This document shows, one piece after another, positions 12,319 to 25,964 of a stretch of 51,726 nt of DNA. A program made the position numbers and the translations under genes. Every line of letters begins with the position of its first letter. Position 1 is the stretch's first letter. The notes beneath the pieces are model-generated. The model saw nothing but the letters and a program-made list of their open reading frames with translations. It was not told where the DNA came from and did not search any database. Source of the stretch: Atractiella rhizophila (Eukaryota); assembly GCA_021432655.1 (NCBI GenBank), contig MU271264.1, forward strand, positions 62,001 through 113,726, given 5' to 3'.

Positions 12319-14226
12319 ATGGGTGTGGTAGGGAGACAGGGCTCCAGCGGGCCAAGTTTTTCAAAGGTTGGAAAACCAATAGTTGACCTCTACGACGACT
12401 GATACAGGTGACTAGATCGACTTCTTCTTCCCTGCCTTATTCGGGCAATTTATTTCGTGTATTCGTTAAGTCTCAGGCTTCTTCACCAGGGTCTTGTCAC
12501 TGACGCTGAAGTTAGTGTATGGCATTGTGCTTACGGTCACTCAAAGATACTTTCGGTTATATCCTGAAAACAAGTCCACAAAACCTCATATGTGCGCTTT
12601 TTGCTCATTAGCAATGCAGGTTCTGGAAGTCAAAGTTATATGTACTCGCGGTTGTCCTTCTGCTTTCCGGACAAAACATAGCACAAATGTATTATGAATC
12701 TCGGGTACGTATTCTTCTTTGTCACCACTCAGAGCACTGAGCGTTGAGCATCCACAATAGTTCCTTGCCATTCATCGGGGAGGTAAATGCTGCTCAGCAG
12801 TCCATGCGCAAGAAAACTGAAAAAAAAATCCATAGAGATCGACTACCTCATCTCGAGCACTGTTGACGAGCTCCGGGTGGCAAGTGGAATCGCCCTCACA
12901 CTTCAAACACAGACCCAACTCTTTCTGCTCGTCCGAGCTTGGCAGTTTAGCAGAGTGATCAGGCTGTCGGCACACTATTTGAACACTTTGCTCTTTGGTG
13001 GAGGCATTATGATCCTTGGAGGCAATCTCGCCGGCCTGCTCAATGTGTTTAATGGAGTTGTCTGTCACTGCTCAAAAGTTGGCTTGCTCCGTCTGACGAC
13101 TACAGAACAGGGCTCGACATATCTCTCACCAAAAGGTTCGCAAATCGCCAATTACACATGGTTGTCACTGTCCTTCCTCATTGGTGGGTAGTCAGGATCC
13201 AAGCACAAATAAGATCAATAAGATCTGATGTGTGAAGACAGATGTAACTATGATGGCTTTCCTGGTCCTTGAGTTACGCAAGACGAGAATGTTAATCATT
13301 CCGCATGCGACTCTGAACAACGCACAACTCATCGTTGGGCGATTATCCATCCTGGTTGTCACTTCAGGTTTACTCGCAACGCTCACACAGTTGGCGGCTC
13401 TCGTCACTTTTGTTGTCGAAGACCAACGCGGAGCCGTACTTGATCAGTGGGCTCAGGCCAGTTTTACTTCGTCCTATTGGCCGCTTGATGAAGGGCTCTG
13501 CAGATACCTCTCATCATAATGTCGAGCATTTACACACTGTCCTTCATCACAATCCTGAGTAATCCAAGGGCAGCGAACACTCCATATTCTTCAGAAAATA
13601 TCGGGCGTTCCGGGCCACACACACCTGGATCCGCTTCCAACAGGATTCGGTCTCATCGCACATCTACGTGAGTTGTCTTGTATCTGCATCCGTGGCCTGT
13701 GCTGAGACAAGAGCATAGTTATAATGCCATCTGGGATTTGAACAATCCACCATCCACCATCGTCATCGTCCCTTCAGAGCAACTCTCCGCCTCTAAAACA
13801 GACTCAGGGACTCGAGAGCAGAGACAGGAGAAGTCACACTCAGTGTCTTTCGATGCTCGGGAGGTTCCAGAAGGCGGTTCTGACGATGACGATGGGGAAC
13901 AAGGCCATGAATCCGTAAAGGGACTGCCGAGCATTTCAGAGCTGAGGCAGCAGTCAATGGGTGCCCTCCATTCCGCACCATTGACTGGAAGAGCGTCTGC
14001 TAAAAACACTGGTTCTTCGAGTAGTGTAAATGGATCTGGCGTTTGGAATCAGTCACCACCAAATCGGCCACCACCAGCAGTTCTCGCGGATGGATTGGGA
14101 GGCATTGTGTTGGAAGAAAGGACGCAGCAACGTTCCACTCCGTTCCCTTCCCAAGACCACCTCCAGAGTCTAGAATCTGGTATCATCACGAAAAATAGCT
14201 ATCAGGAGAATTTAAGGCGTGGTTGA
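12319..14226 (+). CDS. DUF6534-like multi-pass membrane protein, paralogue 3
   Basis: MGVVGRQGSSGPSFSK|IDFFFPALFGQFISCI|YGIVLTVTQRYFRLYPENK|FWKSKL..DVTMMAFLVLELR..SIYTLSFITILSNPR. The tail is shared with paralogue 2 (SYNAxWxLNxPPSTIVIVP, KSHSVSF, LPSIxELR). Confidence 0.75.
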
Positions 14227-15094
14227 ACTAGGAAACGGATTTTGAGCCGCAGCTGTTGTTACCCTTTTGGCTCCACACGTTCTTCTTCTTCATGATGTAC
14301 AAGACAATGTTAACGAGTTTGGACGGCATGATACTGCGAAGAGGATATTAATGATTCCCCATTGTGATAAGCATTTGGGATAAGCACTTCATGTAAAGAA
14401 CAGGAAGATGATTGCAAATGCACGACTGCCTTTTTGCGAAAAATTGCATATTAAGCAGAGACAGGAGAAGTCACACTCAGTGTCTTTCGATGCTCGGGAG
14501 GTTCCAGAAGGCGGTTCTGACGATGAGGATGGCGAACAAGGCAATGAGTCCGTAAAGGGACTGCCGAGCATTTCAGAGCTGAGGCAGCAGTCAATGGGTG
14601 CCCTCGATTCCGCACCATTGACTGTAAGAGCGTCTGCTAAAAACACTCGTTCTTCGAGTAGTGTAAAAGGATCTGGCCTTTGGAATCAGTCACCACCAAA
14701 TCGGCCACCACCAACAGTTCTCGCGGATGGATCGGGAGGCATCGTGTTGGAAGAAAGGACGCAGCAACGTTCCACTCCGTTCCCTTCCCAAGACCACCTC
14801 CAGAGTCTAGAATCTGGTATCATCACGAAAAATAGCTATCAGGAGAATTTAAGGCGTGGTTGAACTAGGAAACGGACCTTTTGAGCCGCAGCTGTTGTTA
14901 CCCTGTTGGCTCCACACATTCTTCTTCTTCTTCATGATGTACAAGACAATGTTAACGAGTTTGGTCGGCATGATACTGCAAAGAGGATATTAATGATTTC
15001 CCATTGTGATAAGCATTTGGGATAAGCACTTCATGTAAAGAACAGGAAGATGATTGCAAATGCACGACTGCCATTTTGCGAAAAATTGCATATT
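13817..15094. repeat. 637-bp-period tandem duplication of the last exon and 3' UTR of paralogue 3 (13817-14452, A, 14454-15094)
   Basis: Near-identical copies from agcagagacaggagaag to aaattgcatatt. A single A lies at 14453. Confidence 0.95.
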
Positions 15095-15649
15095 CCGCTG
15101 AGGTTCATGCGAGTTGACGACTGCCAGCGTCATATGTGCACTTCCATCTGCCAGAATGGTGTGCAATGATGATGGTTCTGGATCCAAATGGCGTTTTGAT
15201 AAGCAGTGAACCAACTTTCAAGCCGTGGCTTTCAGCCGCACTCCTTTTCTTGAGGATTCAAGACGAATAAACTGCACCGAGCAATGGAAAGCTTTACGCT
15301 TGTCGTTTACGCTCCACACAGCAACCCAAAGAAAGGAAAGGAGCTCCACTCTTTGAGACCTCCACTAGAAGAGAGACAATGGTGCTCGGAACATTCCAGG
15401 TAACGAAATAAATGTCAAGGAAGGACAACCCCAATTGCAAGGAGTGAAATACGGACCAGTGTCCCTCCAACGTTCACCCTTACATCTGATTCTACTTCAC
15501 TTGTCGAGACTTGTACTCAATCGTCAAGGGGTGAGAGGAAAATATTCATATTCAGCGCAGTGGTCATGTGATCTTTCGCTTATCTGATAACCCAATCAGT
15601 TGAGAAGGGGAAATGCACAATGCTGGTGAAGACATTTCAAGTTTCAAGT

Positions 15650-17576
15650 TCAGATATACATCAACTCTTCCAAGGCATCCAGACACTTCTTGCGTCCGAC
15701 CTTCAAATCAGCACACATTCCAAGACCGTCCTTCGCATCCCTACTTCTGGGAACCCATTCCACAGTTTCCCACCTCACATTTTCCCTCTCCGCGACCAAA
15801 TCATTCACAAACCATTCCTGCTCCCCTTCCAATCCCTTGGTCGTCAACACCACATGAGGGACCGCTCTCGGATACGACGTGAGGTCGACCGACTCCTCCG
15901 ACCCGGACTTCCTCTCCCACTCCTCCTGCATCCTCGACCGCGCCACGTTGTCCGAAATGGTGCGAGGGGACGGAGCGTAGATCCTCGCTTTCGAGCCTTC
16001 GCCTTTGATGACGCTCTTCCACCTCCCCCAACCTGTTCCGGTTTTGAGGAAGAGGCGCCAGACGCCTTGGTGGAAGAACGTCCCCCACCCGCTGAGGAGA
16101 GGGAGGGAGGGAGAGAAGTAGAGGGAGGGCGTGAAGCCGTCGATGAGGAGGTGGGAGGAGACGAGGGAGGAGTGGAGGGATGCGAAGTGGAGAAGGTGTG
16201 GGGAGGAGGTGAGGGCGGACATGAGGATGAGGCCGGAGGTGGTGTTGGGGGATTGGAGGCGGGAGAATTCGCCGGCTTGGGCGAGCGATTGGGCGAGCGC
16301 GCGTGAGATGGTGGATATCGAGGACGAGGGAGAGTTGTCGCTCCAGCCGTATCTACACATCCACATTCTTCAACGTGATTTCTCACTTTGCAACGACAAA
16401 AGATAGGCTTACCCTGGCCGATCAAAGTAGCAGACCCTGAGCTCCACTTTCCTTCGTCCGATCTTTGGACGCGAAGCGATCTCCGACACTCCCTCAAACA
16501 CCCAATCCCCGACCGCACGACCAGGATAACCAAAAGGAACATCGACCAAAACTGTCCTGTTCGTGGTGGACGAGACTCCTGGGACAGCTCTGCAGTTTAA
16601 ATGGAATTGGAATCCTCGTCCCTCTCTCAGCCAAACGCCCCGCGAATCGTCCTTTGGCGTCGACTTGGCGAAAGGATCCACGGTCCATCGCTGACCTGGG
16701 ACCTGTTGGGACGAATCGACCATGCGGATGATGGTGGAGGAGAGGAGGAGGAAGAAGAGAAAGAAGATGAGGAGTAAGATGAGGAGGTTTGCGAGGAGGG
16801 AGAAGAAGAGAGAGAGTCCTTCTAACACTGCGTTGCAGCATCCTACTCCCTCTTCGTCGATCTCTCGGTCCAGAGGCGCTTCCTCTCCCCTCTCCACTTT
16901 CAGCTTCATCTTCTCACCGGCATATAGAGCAATGAGCCCGACAGCGGAGCTGAGAGCGGACAAGATGCAAGCGCAGATTGTGAGACCGCTTTCGGTGTGG
17001 CGCAACACTTGGTTGGCGAACAAGAAGACGACGATGAGGAGCGAGGCTGCAGTGGTGAACGAGAGGACCAGTCGCGTGGGGACGGCGATGTGGCGCAGAG
17101 TGGAGGGGGAAAGGAGAGGGGAGAAGGAGAAGAGGCAGATGACGACGGATGAGAGGCTGAGCCAGACGGGTAGGGCTGTGGATCCGTGATGGCGGAAGAC
17201 GACTGTGGAGTTGAGGAGGGTTGAGATCCAGACGTTGAAACTGGAAACGACGGCGAGGATGTAGAATAGGAGGTCAATGACGAAGAAGAAGGAGACGAGG
17301 AGGAAGGTTAGTCGAAGGAAGAGGGGAGCGGGTTTCTTCACGACTTGGGACTTTTGCGACAATAGTGGTGCGCGCTCATCGAGGTCGTCGTGATCGTGAA
17401 TGCTGGGTAGCGATGGGGGACGAGCGCGAGGAGGAGAAGAGATGTGGTAGTCGGACGAGAGTGGTGCTTGACTTGAGCTTGGTTCCAAGCTTGTTATTTC
17501 TGGGGCAGCAGTAATTATTCAGTCTCTCTAGAGGGAGGAGATTACAACTATGCGCTGTGGAGAAAGAATGGAGCAT
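15650..17576 (-). CDS. Multi-pass membrane protein with C-terminal alpha/beta-hydrolase-like domain (start uncertain)
   Basis: About 5 N-terminal TM segments, then FHLNC..TVLVD..VCYFDRPG|YGWSDNSPS (DRPGYGWS motif, split by an intron near 16352-16412). The ORF-track start at 17488 is TTG. ATG 17576 with a short intron is inferred. Confidence 0.72.
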
Positions 17577-18162
17577 GCGGCAAAGAAAGGACTTGAGAGT
17601 AACCTCGCAAATCTACTCCACTTCTAGCAATTACGCTGGATATTATGAGCGTGTTAGATGAGTGAGTCTGCGGCGCAATGCATGAAAGACTTCATGGACG
17701 CGCTTCGGCGGTGGATGAACGGGACTCATAAACTGAGCAGGATGGGCTGATTAGCTTGAAGATTATCGAGTATCTCTCAACATTTGGTATTCAAATACTC
17801 GGAGCTTGAGCAGCATTGTCACTTGGAGAATGAAGCTGATACTCCCCTTCCTCTCGCTTAAAGACACTGAGAGTGCGCACCTGCCATTCCCTTGGTGATA
17901 CAATGACCCAATAAATATACTAATCTCCTTGATACTTGACTGCAGCCATGGATGAGACCATTATACCATGACTCACATAGGATAGGATGCATCAATGGAC
18001 ATCAACATCGCTTGCAATTAACAACTTGACGACATCTTTTCTTTCTTCCCCTCGTTACTTCATCCCCCAATATCCCTATTCCCTTACACACTATTGCCAT
18101 ACTATTGCCCTACTATTAGTATACTATCCCACTGCTAGTATCGTAGTACAGGGATAATAGGC

Positions 18163-21100
18163 ATGGCCTCCTACGCTCACCTCCCCTCGCCACTCACACC
18201 CTCCTATCCCTCCTACCCACCCCCACAAGCAGGCATCACAGGTCCCACTGCCTCCCAGCCACACGCCTCCCTCCATCCGCCGTCTCCGCCCCTTCCATCC
18301 CCACTCACCCCCGACTCCCTCCTCCAGTACCTCTCCTCCCACACCACCAGCCCCGTTCCCCTCTCAGCCGTCCATCTCGCCCTCCTGAACCCATACCGTC
18401 TCCCGTCCCCGCAGGCGGTCGAGAACGAGATCAGGAGAGCGGGAAAGACGTGGAGAGAGGTCAAGGGAAGAGGGTGGACCGTCTCTGAGAGAGCGAGGAA
18501 GAATGGGACCGCGAGAGAGATTGGAGTCGAGGATGAGGGTACGGCAGGCGAAATTAGGAGCGTGCCCGATGTCGCGGGTAGAGCTTATTGGTGGATGAAT
18601 AGGACGGGTGAAGACGCTAGCGTCGTTCTTAGGTTGGTTCTTTCTTTCTATTACCTGTTGTCTGGTACTTTGGTGGCTTGTAGCTTGTAATCCTGTAGCC
18701 GAGCGAGGGCTTTATTTCCTGCTCCTCTTCTTTTGAAACTTGGACCAAGAGTTGGATGCTTCAATTTTGAATCATGGTTGTGGGAAATTGTCCGAAAGCC
18801 ACTGTCATGTGTTGGCGTTGGGTTAGGGTATCGTTATATTATTTTTTGTAGAAACCGCACCTCTACTGAAACAGAGAGGAGAGGAACAAACAGGGTTAGA
18901 CCTTGGATGGCATCGCTTCTAATTCGAGAACGCCTTTGGCTGTTCCATGACCGGGGAACTCCCTTGCTATCATGAAAGAGAAACTGACTTCAATGTGTAT
19001 CACAGCGGCGAAACCTCCTCTGGCAAGTCTCACGCGCGCACCCTCTTCCTCCGATCCCTCATCAACTACTCCGCGCCACCACAAGGAAAAAAGGGAGGAA
19101 AGCTGGTGTACCAACTCCCATCCGTCGATTTCATCCTCGACGTCTTCTCCTCCGCCTCCACACTCTCCAACCCCTCCGCCTCCCGATATGGTCGGTACAC
19201 CGAGGTCCAGTTCAACGAAAAAGGCCGACTGTACGGAATGAAGAGTCTCGAGTATTTCCTCGAGAAGAGGAGGATCAGTGAGACCCCGCTCGGAGAGAGG
19301 AACTTTGATGTCTTCTATGCTCTCATCGGTGGAAGCACGGACGAGGAGAGAATGCATCTCGGCATTCCCGCCAACGGGGACTCCAACGCCTTTCGATACC
19401 TCAGCAGGGGTAGTGCTGGAGGCAGATTGGGAGGAGGGACCGCAACGGATCGAGAGGATGTACAAAAGTTCTCCCAATTGAAGCAGGCGTTGAAGAACGT
19501 AGGATTCTCAAAGAAGAACGTAGCCGACATCTTTCGCGTCCTCGCCGCCATCCTCCACCTCGGAAATCTCGACTTTAGGAGCGGAAAGACGGCGGAGACG
19601 GCCGAAGTCTCCAATCGCGACCTCTTGCCTAGGATCGCGGAGTTTTTGGGTATCCGAGACGATGAGTTGGAGGGCTGTCTCGTCAATAAGCTCACGATGA
19701 TTGGAGGGGAGAGGTGTGCGGTGTTGTTGGATGAGGAGGGAGCGGAGAAGAATAGGGACGAGCTCGCGAAGACGCTCTATGGATTGTTGTTCTCTTGGCT
19801 CGTCGAATTCCTCAATCAGAAGTTCTGTAAAGAGGACTTTGCTAACTTCATCGGGGTCGTCGATTTCCCTGGAAACCAGCTCTCTGGAAACGCCGGAGGT
19901 CTGGGCGGGAATGGAAAGCTGGGGAGTATGAGCGGAAGCAGAGGAGGGAGCTTGGAAGAGTTTTGCGTCAATCTGGCCAATGAACGTTTGATGCGCTTCA
20001 CTTTTGATCGCACCTTTGAGAACCCTCTAGTGGACGAATACAAGAAGGACGGAGTGGAAATCGTCCTCGAAAAGCTGGGCACGAACTTGAAACCCAAGTA
20101 CTTCTCGAACGCGGACACCGTCAGACTGCTCACTAACCAGCCTGGAGGACTGGTTCACATCGTTTCGGATCAGTCGACGAGGAAGGGAAAGACGGACTCG
20201 ACGATGTTGAAGGCGATGGGTAAGAGGTGGTCCAATCACCCTAGCTTTGGATGGAGAGAAGGAATCGGAGGCGGAGGTGTGTATTCGGGAAGTTTCGCGG
20301 TCAACCATTGGGATGGACAGGTCAATTATGAGGCGGAAGGATTCTTGGAGAAGAATAGAGAGAAGATAGGAGGCGATTGGGTCACCCTCTTCGCTGGCGT
20401 CCCCAACACTTCGGCTCATAAACCGAAAGCCTCGACTATGAGCGGAATTCAGAAGCCTGGCGCGGATAGGATTGGTGGCTCGGTCTCGCCTTTTGTGAAG
20501 AGCTTGTTCTTGAACGAGAAACTCCTACACACTGAGCTACACCCAAGGAGCGAGGATACGATCGTCGCCGCCCAGCAGAACGTTGGACCAGCTCGTCGTC
20601 CAAGCGTGAGGAAAGGTGTAGGACGTGCTGGGACGATCAAGAAGATGGGAGCCAAGATGGAGACCGTCGGCGAGGATGGAGATGACGCTGACGGCGCCAA
20701 CGTCCCCGATGGCGCTGGGATCTTGGAGACGTACAGCAAGTCGCTGGACATGTTGGTCGAGACCCTGTCTGACACTCGCGCCTACTTCATCTTCTGCTTG
20801 AGACCGAACGACGCGCAACTTCCCGCTCAAGTCGATTCGAGGATCTTGCGTCATCAGATTCGGGCTATGAATTTGTCAGAGATCGGGAATAGGATGAAGG
20901 GGGAGTGGAGCGCGAGTTTGACGCTGGAAGAGTTTTGGGAGAGGTATGGCGATGTTTTGTTTGAGGATGTGGAGGGAGGATCGGAGATGGCGCTTAGTTT
21001 GAGCGGGATGATGATGAAGGATAAGTTGCAGAGGATCAAGGAGTTCTTGGCTTGGGGAGAGGAGGATATGACCATCGGAAGAGAAAAAGTACGCCAACTT

Positions 21101-24100
21101 TCTTCCTTTTGAACCTGGTGCTCATTCTTCATCGATGTAGGTCTATCTCTCAGATATCGCTTTCAGAGAGTTGGAGGATCTTCTCCGAGTGCAGGACGAA
21201 GACGAGATGCGTCGCATCAAGGAGAAGGATAGACAAGACCTAGAGGTTGCCAACGGTCTCCTCCATGTTCCGGTCGATCCTCTCGCCCCGTTCCCCACGT
21301 CTCCCATGGAAGGCTATGGAGACGACTACGGCAAGATGGGCTCGAGCACGAATCTTCCAGCGAACATTGCGCCGATGGGAGTTGCGGACGATTACCCCGA
21401 AGATAGCAAGACGTTCTATTCCACGGACGACTATTTCTCCTCTGCCCGCGCGCTTCGAAAGAATGGAGGTTACGACGATGAAGGCGCATCAGCTATCGGT
21501 TCTGAGCGTTTCAATCCGTCCAGAAATTTGTTTGATGCGGACCGCAAGACGGAGTTTGGGGAGAAGGCGGCTTATGGTTTGGATATGCAGAAGCCGGATG
21601 AGACGGTGGAAGAGATTGGGGATACCTCGGCGCGAAAGAAATGGGTCTTCCTCACCTGGCTGTTGACCTGGTGGATCCCCTCCCCTTTGCTCTCTTGGGT
21701 CGGGCGGATGAAGCGACGAGATGTAAGGATGGCTTGGAGGGAGAAGCTCGCTATCAACATGCTCATCTGGTTGTTGTGTGGAGTCGCTGTCTTCATTATC
21801 GCCTTTTTGGGCAACCTCATCTGTCCCCGAGAATACGTGTACACCCAACAGGAAGTTCGCAATCACGGCTTCACGAACAACGCGGGCAATATGTTGGTAT
21901 CCATCAATGGAGAGGTATTCGATTTGACGGATTTTGCACCTCTGCACTCTCCTGGGAACGATGTCATTCCTACTCTGACAATCCAGAAATGTAAGATTTC
22001 ATGTCATTAGAGAATGTAGCTGACTCGCGCGAGACCAGTCGGTGGAACGGACATATCAGCATTGTTCCCTCTCCAACCAAGTGCACTTTGCAATGGCGTC
22101 GACGGCACCATCAGCCCGTTTGTTGGCCTCGACTACTCTAACGCTTCCACGAACCTTCGTACCTACTCGAAATACCACGACTTCCGCGCCAGCACCAACG
22201 ACTATCGGCCGGATTGGTATTATGAGCAGATGATATTCTTGCGATATAATTACCGTCGTGGATTCGTGGGATACACGAAAGGCGATGTCCACAAACGTCG
22301 CTTGACTTACAACACTGTCATCTATCGAGGTGGTGTCTACGACATGACTGATTACATTAACGCCGGCGGAGGAGTCCCCAACCTTCCCGACAACACCTTG
22401 CCACCTGCTGATGTCAACTACGAGTTTATGGATCCCCTCGTTGTCGCTCTCTTCCAACAAAAGAACGGGCAAGATATTACGAAGGAATTCGACTCGCTTC
22501 CTCTCAGCGCCGATCAAAAACAAATTCAACGCGTCTGCCTTCGAAATCTCTTCTTCATCGGCAAGCAGGACAATCGACGGTCGCCCCAATGCTTGTTCTC
22601 TCAGTACATCCTCTTAGGTCTCAGTATCTTGCTTGCATCTGTCATTGGTTTCAAGTTCTTGGCTGCTCTCCAGTTTGGGCGGTCCAAGCAACCAGAGGAC
22701 CACGAGAAATTCGTTATATGTGCGTGAATCTTCTTGTTGAGGAATACAACTAACCTCCCTGTCAGGCCAAGTCCCATGTTACACGGAAGGGGAGGAGTCG
22801 CTCAGGAAATGTATTGACTCCCTCGCACAGCTCAAGTACGATGACAAGCGCAAGTTATTGTTTATCGTCTGCGACGGCATGATCATCGGTTCTGGAAACG
22901 ATCGACCAACACCTCGCATTGTTCTTGACATCCTCGGTTGTGACCCTACTTTGGACCCCGAACCACTCTCTTTCCTTTCGATCGGCGACGGCGCGAAGCA
23001 GCACAACATGGGCAAGGTGTACTCTGGTCTTCATGAGTCTGCTGGTCATATCGTCCCCTATCTCGTTGTAGTCAAAGTCGGAAAGCCCTCCGAACGATCA
23101 AGACCCGGAAACAGAGGAAAGCGAGACTCGCAAATGCTTGTCATGAGGTTTTTGAACCGAGTGCATTTTGACGCCCCAATGGCTCCTCTCGAACTTGAAA
23201 TTTTCCATCAGATCAAGAACGTCATCGGAGTGAATCCAACCTTTTACGAGGTCCGTTTGTTTCGCTCAAGTTGTATCTTCTGACACCGGAAGTAGTATGT
23301 ACTCCAAGTTGATGCAGACACTGTTGTCGACAAGCTATCCCTCAACCGAATGGTTTCTTCTATGATGCACGACAAAAAAATCATGGGTCTTTGTGGAGAA
23401 ACTTCGCTTGCAAACGCACGGCACTCCTTTACAACAATGATTCAAGTTTATGAGTGGGTTCTTTCATCTTCCGTTGGTGGAACTTCAACTGACAGTTTGA
23501 GTAAAGATACTTCATTTCTCATCATCTCGCGAAGGCATTCGAGAGTTTGTTCGGCTCTGTCACCTGTTTGCCTGGTTGCTTCTCGCTATATCGTATCAGG
23601 ACTTCAGAGAACAAACCGTTGTTGATAAACAATCAGATTGTTCAATTGTACGGCGAGAACCGTGTGGATACATTGCACATGAAGGTAAGAGTTTAACACC
23701 GTCATCAGGATGGCTTCTCACCTTGTTATAGAATCTGTTGCACCTCGGAGAAGATCGTTATCTGACAACCCTTATGTTGAAAGTAACTATTTCGCTTGTC
23801 TGGTTAGTACTCTGCTGACTCTTTTTTCTAAAGCAATTCCCGAAGTACAAGAATATCTTCATTCGTGACGCCTACGCCCAAACTATTGCCCCAGATGAGT
23901 GGAGCGTCCTTTTCTCTCAGCGTCGACGATGGATCAACTCTACCGTCCACAATCTCGCCGAATTGTTGATGATTGAGCGGATGTGCGGTTTTTGTCTCTT
24001 CTCCATGAGATTTGTCGTCTTCCTCGATCTCTTCTCCACCCTGATTGCCCCCGTCAGGTGAGCCTTCAGCTGTCGCTTGATTTTGAATTTAGAGGTAACC

Positions 24101-25380
24101 ATTGCTTCTTTAGCGTTGCCTACATAGTTTACCTGGTCTACCTTGTTGTCGCCCAAGGCGATTCCATCCCGATCACTTCTATCATTCTGTTGGGTGCAGT
24201 TTATGGCCTTCAAGCACTTATCTTTATTTTCCACCGCAAGTTTGAGCACATTGGTAAGCCGCATTCCCCGATAAGACGTAAAACTGAATGATGGCATCAT
24301 AGGTTGGATGATCGTATACATTCTCGCCATCCCGATCTTCAGCTTCTTGCTCCCGCTCCTCAGCTTTTGGCAAATGGACAAGTAAATTGCTTCTTGCACA
24401 GTAAACTCTTGCTGAAATGTGTCGCAGTTTCTCTTGGGGTAACACTCGTGTTGTCTTGGGAGAGAAAGGTCAACGTCTCGTCGTACACGACGAAGGAAAG
24501 TTTGATCCAGCGGAGATTCCTCTGAAGCGCTGGCACGAATACGAAGAGGAACTTTGGGAGCGGGTGAGTCCCTTGTTTAATGCCAAATAATCCTAACATT
24601 GTCCCCTAGGGATCGAATAAGTCGATAGGATCGTTGATTGAGGAGTCGAAACGCAAGGCGATGGGGGATCACTCGCGCGAAGGCTCTCTATATGGCCGTC
24701 AGTCAACACTGGGTGGAGCCTTACACTCTCGGGCACAATCTCGGATGGCAACTCCTATGGGCTTCGACCAGAAATCGCTTCTAGGTGGGGCATACGATCA
24801 GCGTTCCATGATGGGAGGATATGAGCAGGCATCCTATCAACCTTCCATGCACGGATTCGACCAGAAGTCAGCCTACAACATGCCCTATGACCAGAAGTCA
24901 GAATTTGGCGGTCCCGCACGTTCAACTTATTCCGGTTTCATGGGAATGGGTCCTGGGAATGGATTTACACCTTTGAACGGTCCCCCTCCGAGTGCCAGGA
25001 GCTCAGCTTTCTTTGGTGGACCTGTCATGGGCGTGGCACCAACACCTGGTAACATGAGCCAAAGAAGCTCGGCTTTCTTTGGCGGACCCGGTGGGACAGT
25101 TGGAGTTGGAGGATATGGAACAGTGGGACAAGGGAGTCAGTATGATCTTGGAGAGAGCATCATGATGGTGGAGCATGGAGGCGGTTGGGAGGCAGGGGAC
25201 GGATGGCCTTCTGAGGACAAGATGACGAAGGAGATTAGGGATCTCCTTGCCAATGCCGATCTCAATACGATTACGAAGAAGAGCGTCAGGAAGACTTTGG
25301 AGGAGAAATATGGGACTACTCTGCAAGGCGATAGGAAGGAATGGGTGAACAAGGAGGTTGAAAGAGCCCTGGGAGCGTAG
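18163..25380 (+). CDS. Class V chitin synthase with myosin motor-like domain (Mcs1/CsmA type): myosin head, cyt b5-like domains, Chitin_synth_2, DEK_C
   Basis: LLNPY, P-loop [111 protein letters not shown]-like [19 protein letters not shown] at the C-terminus. Confidence 0.96.
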
Positions 25381-25964
25381 AAAGATGTGAGCCTTAATCT
25401 TCTTCGAAAAGCAGAATGTGCTCACTCTATGCCACAGGTTGCCTTCGTTGGACAATCACGCCTTTTATTTCGAACACGCGACGAGTTTCCGTAACGTCCG
25501 CCTCTATATCCAGTCGTTGTTCAAACTCTCAATTTTGAATTATATGTCATTCACAACTTCGATGACGGACTACTTCTTCCTTTCTTATGGACTTCAATTT
25601 CCTCCTTCATTTCGTATACCTACTTGACGCCTTAGAGTATTCTCAGTGAGCTTTAGTGGACTCCTTTCGTTCTTCTCGTCTCTCCTATGACCCGGTAATA
25701 TGTCTGGTTTATTCCAAGTAATAGTGCAGTAAATCAGTCCTGAAAATGAAAGCTAAGACGCCTTTCTCCCTTACAGATATACAACAACTTCTGTTGCAAA
25801 GAGGATTTTAGTGGAGCAATATTTGGCTGTGAAACATTGCTTGTCTGCCATGGTCCTGTGGCAAATCACCAGATGTCATCAGGTCATCTCTAGCCTGAAA
25901 GGGCATGCATTACATAGTAAACGAAATAACCACCAAACAAAGAACCAGAAGAAGAAAGCTATCC

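Noticed and set aside
14408..14863. 151-aa ORF as a separate gene
   Set aside because: It is the duplicated last exon of DUF6534 paralogue 3 fused to 3' UTR sequence.
15613..17277. Several long overlapping ORFs (15620-16306 +, 15844-16542 -, 16722-17189 +)
   Set aside because: Shadow frames of the GC- and pyrimidine-skewed hydrolase gene, with low-complexity translations and no motifs.
18061..18160. actattgcc/tacta micro-repeats upstream of the chitin synthase ATG
   Set aside because: Too short and degenerate to call as a regulatory element.
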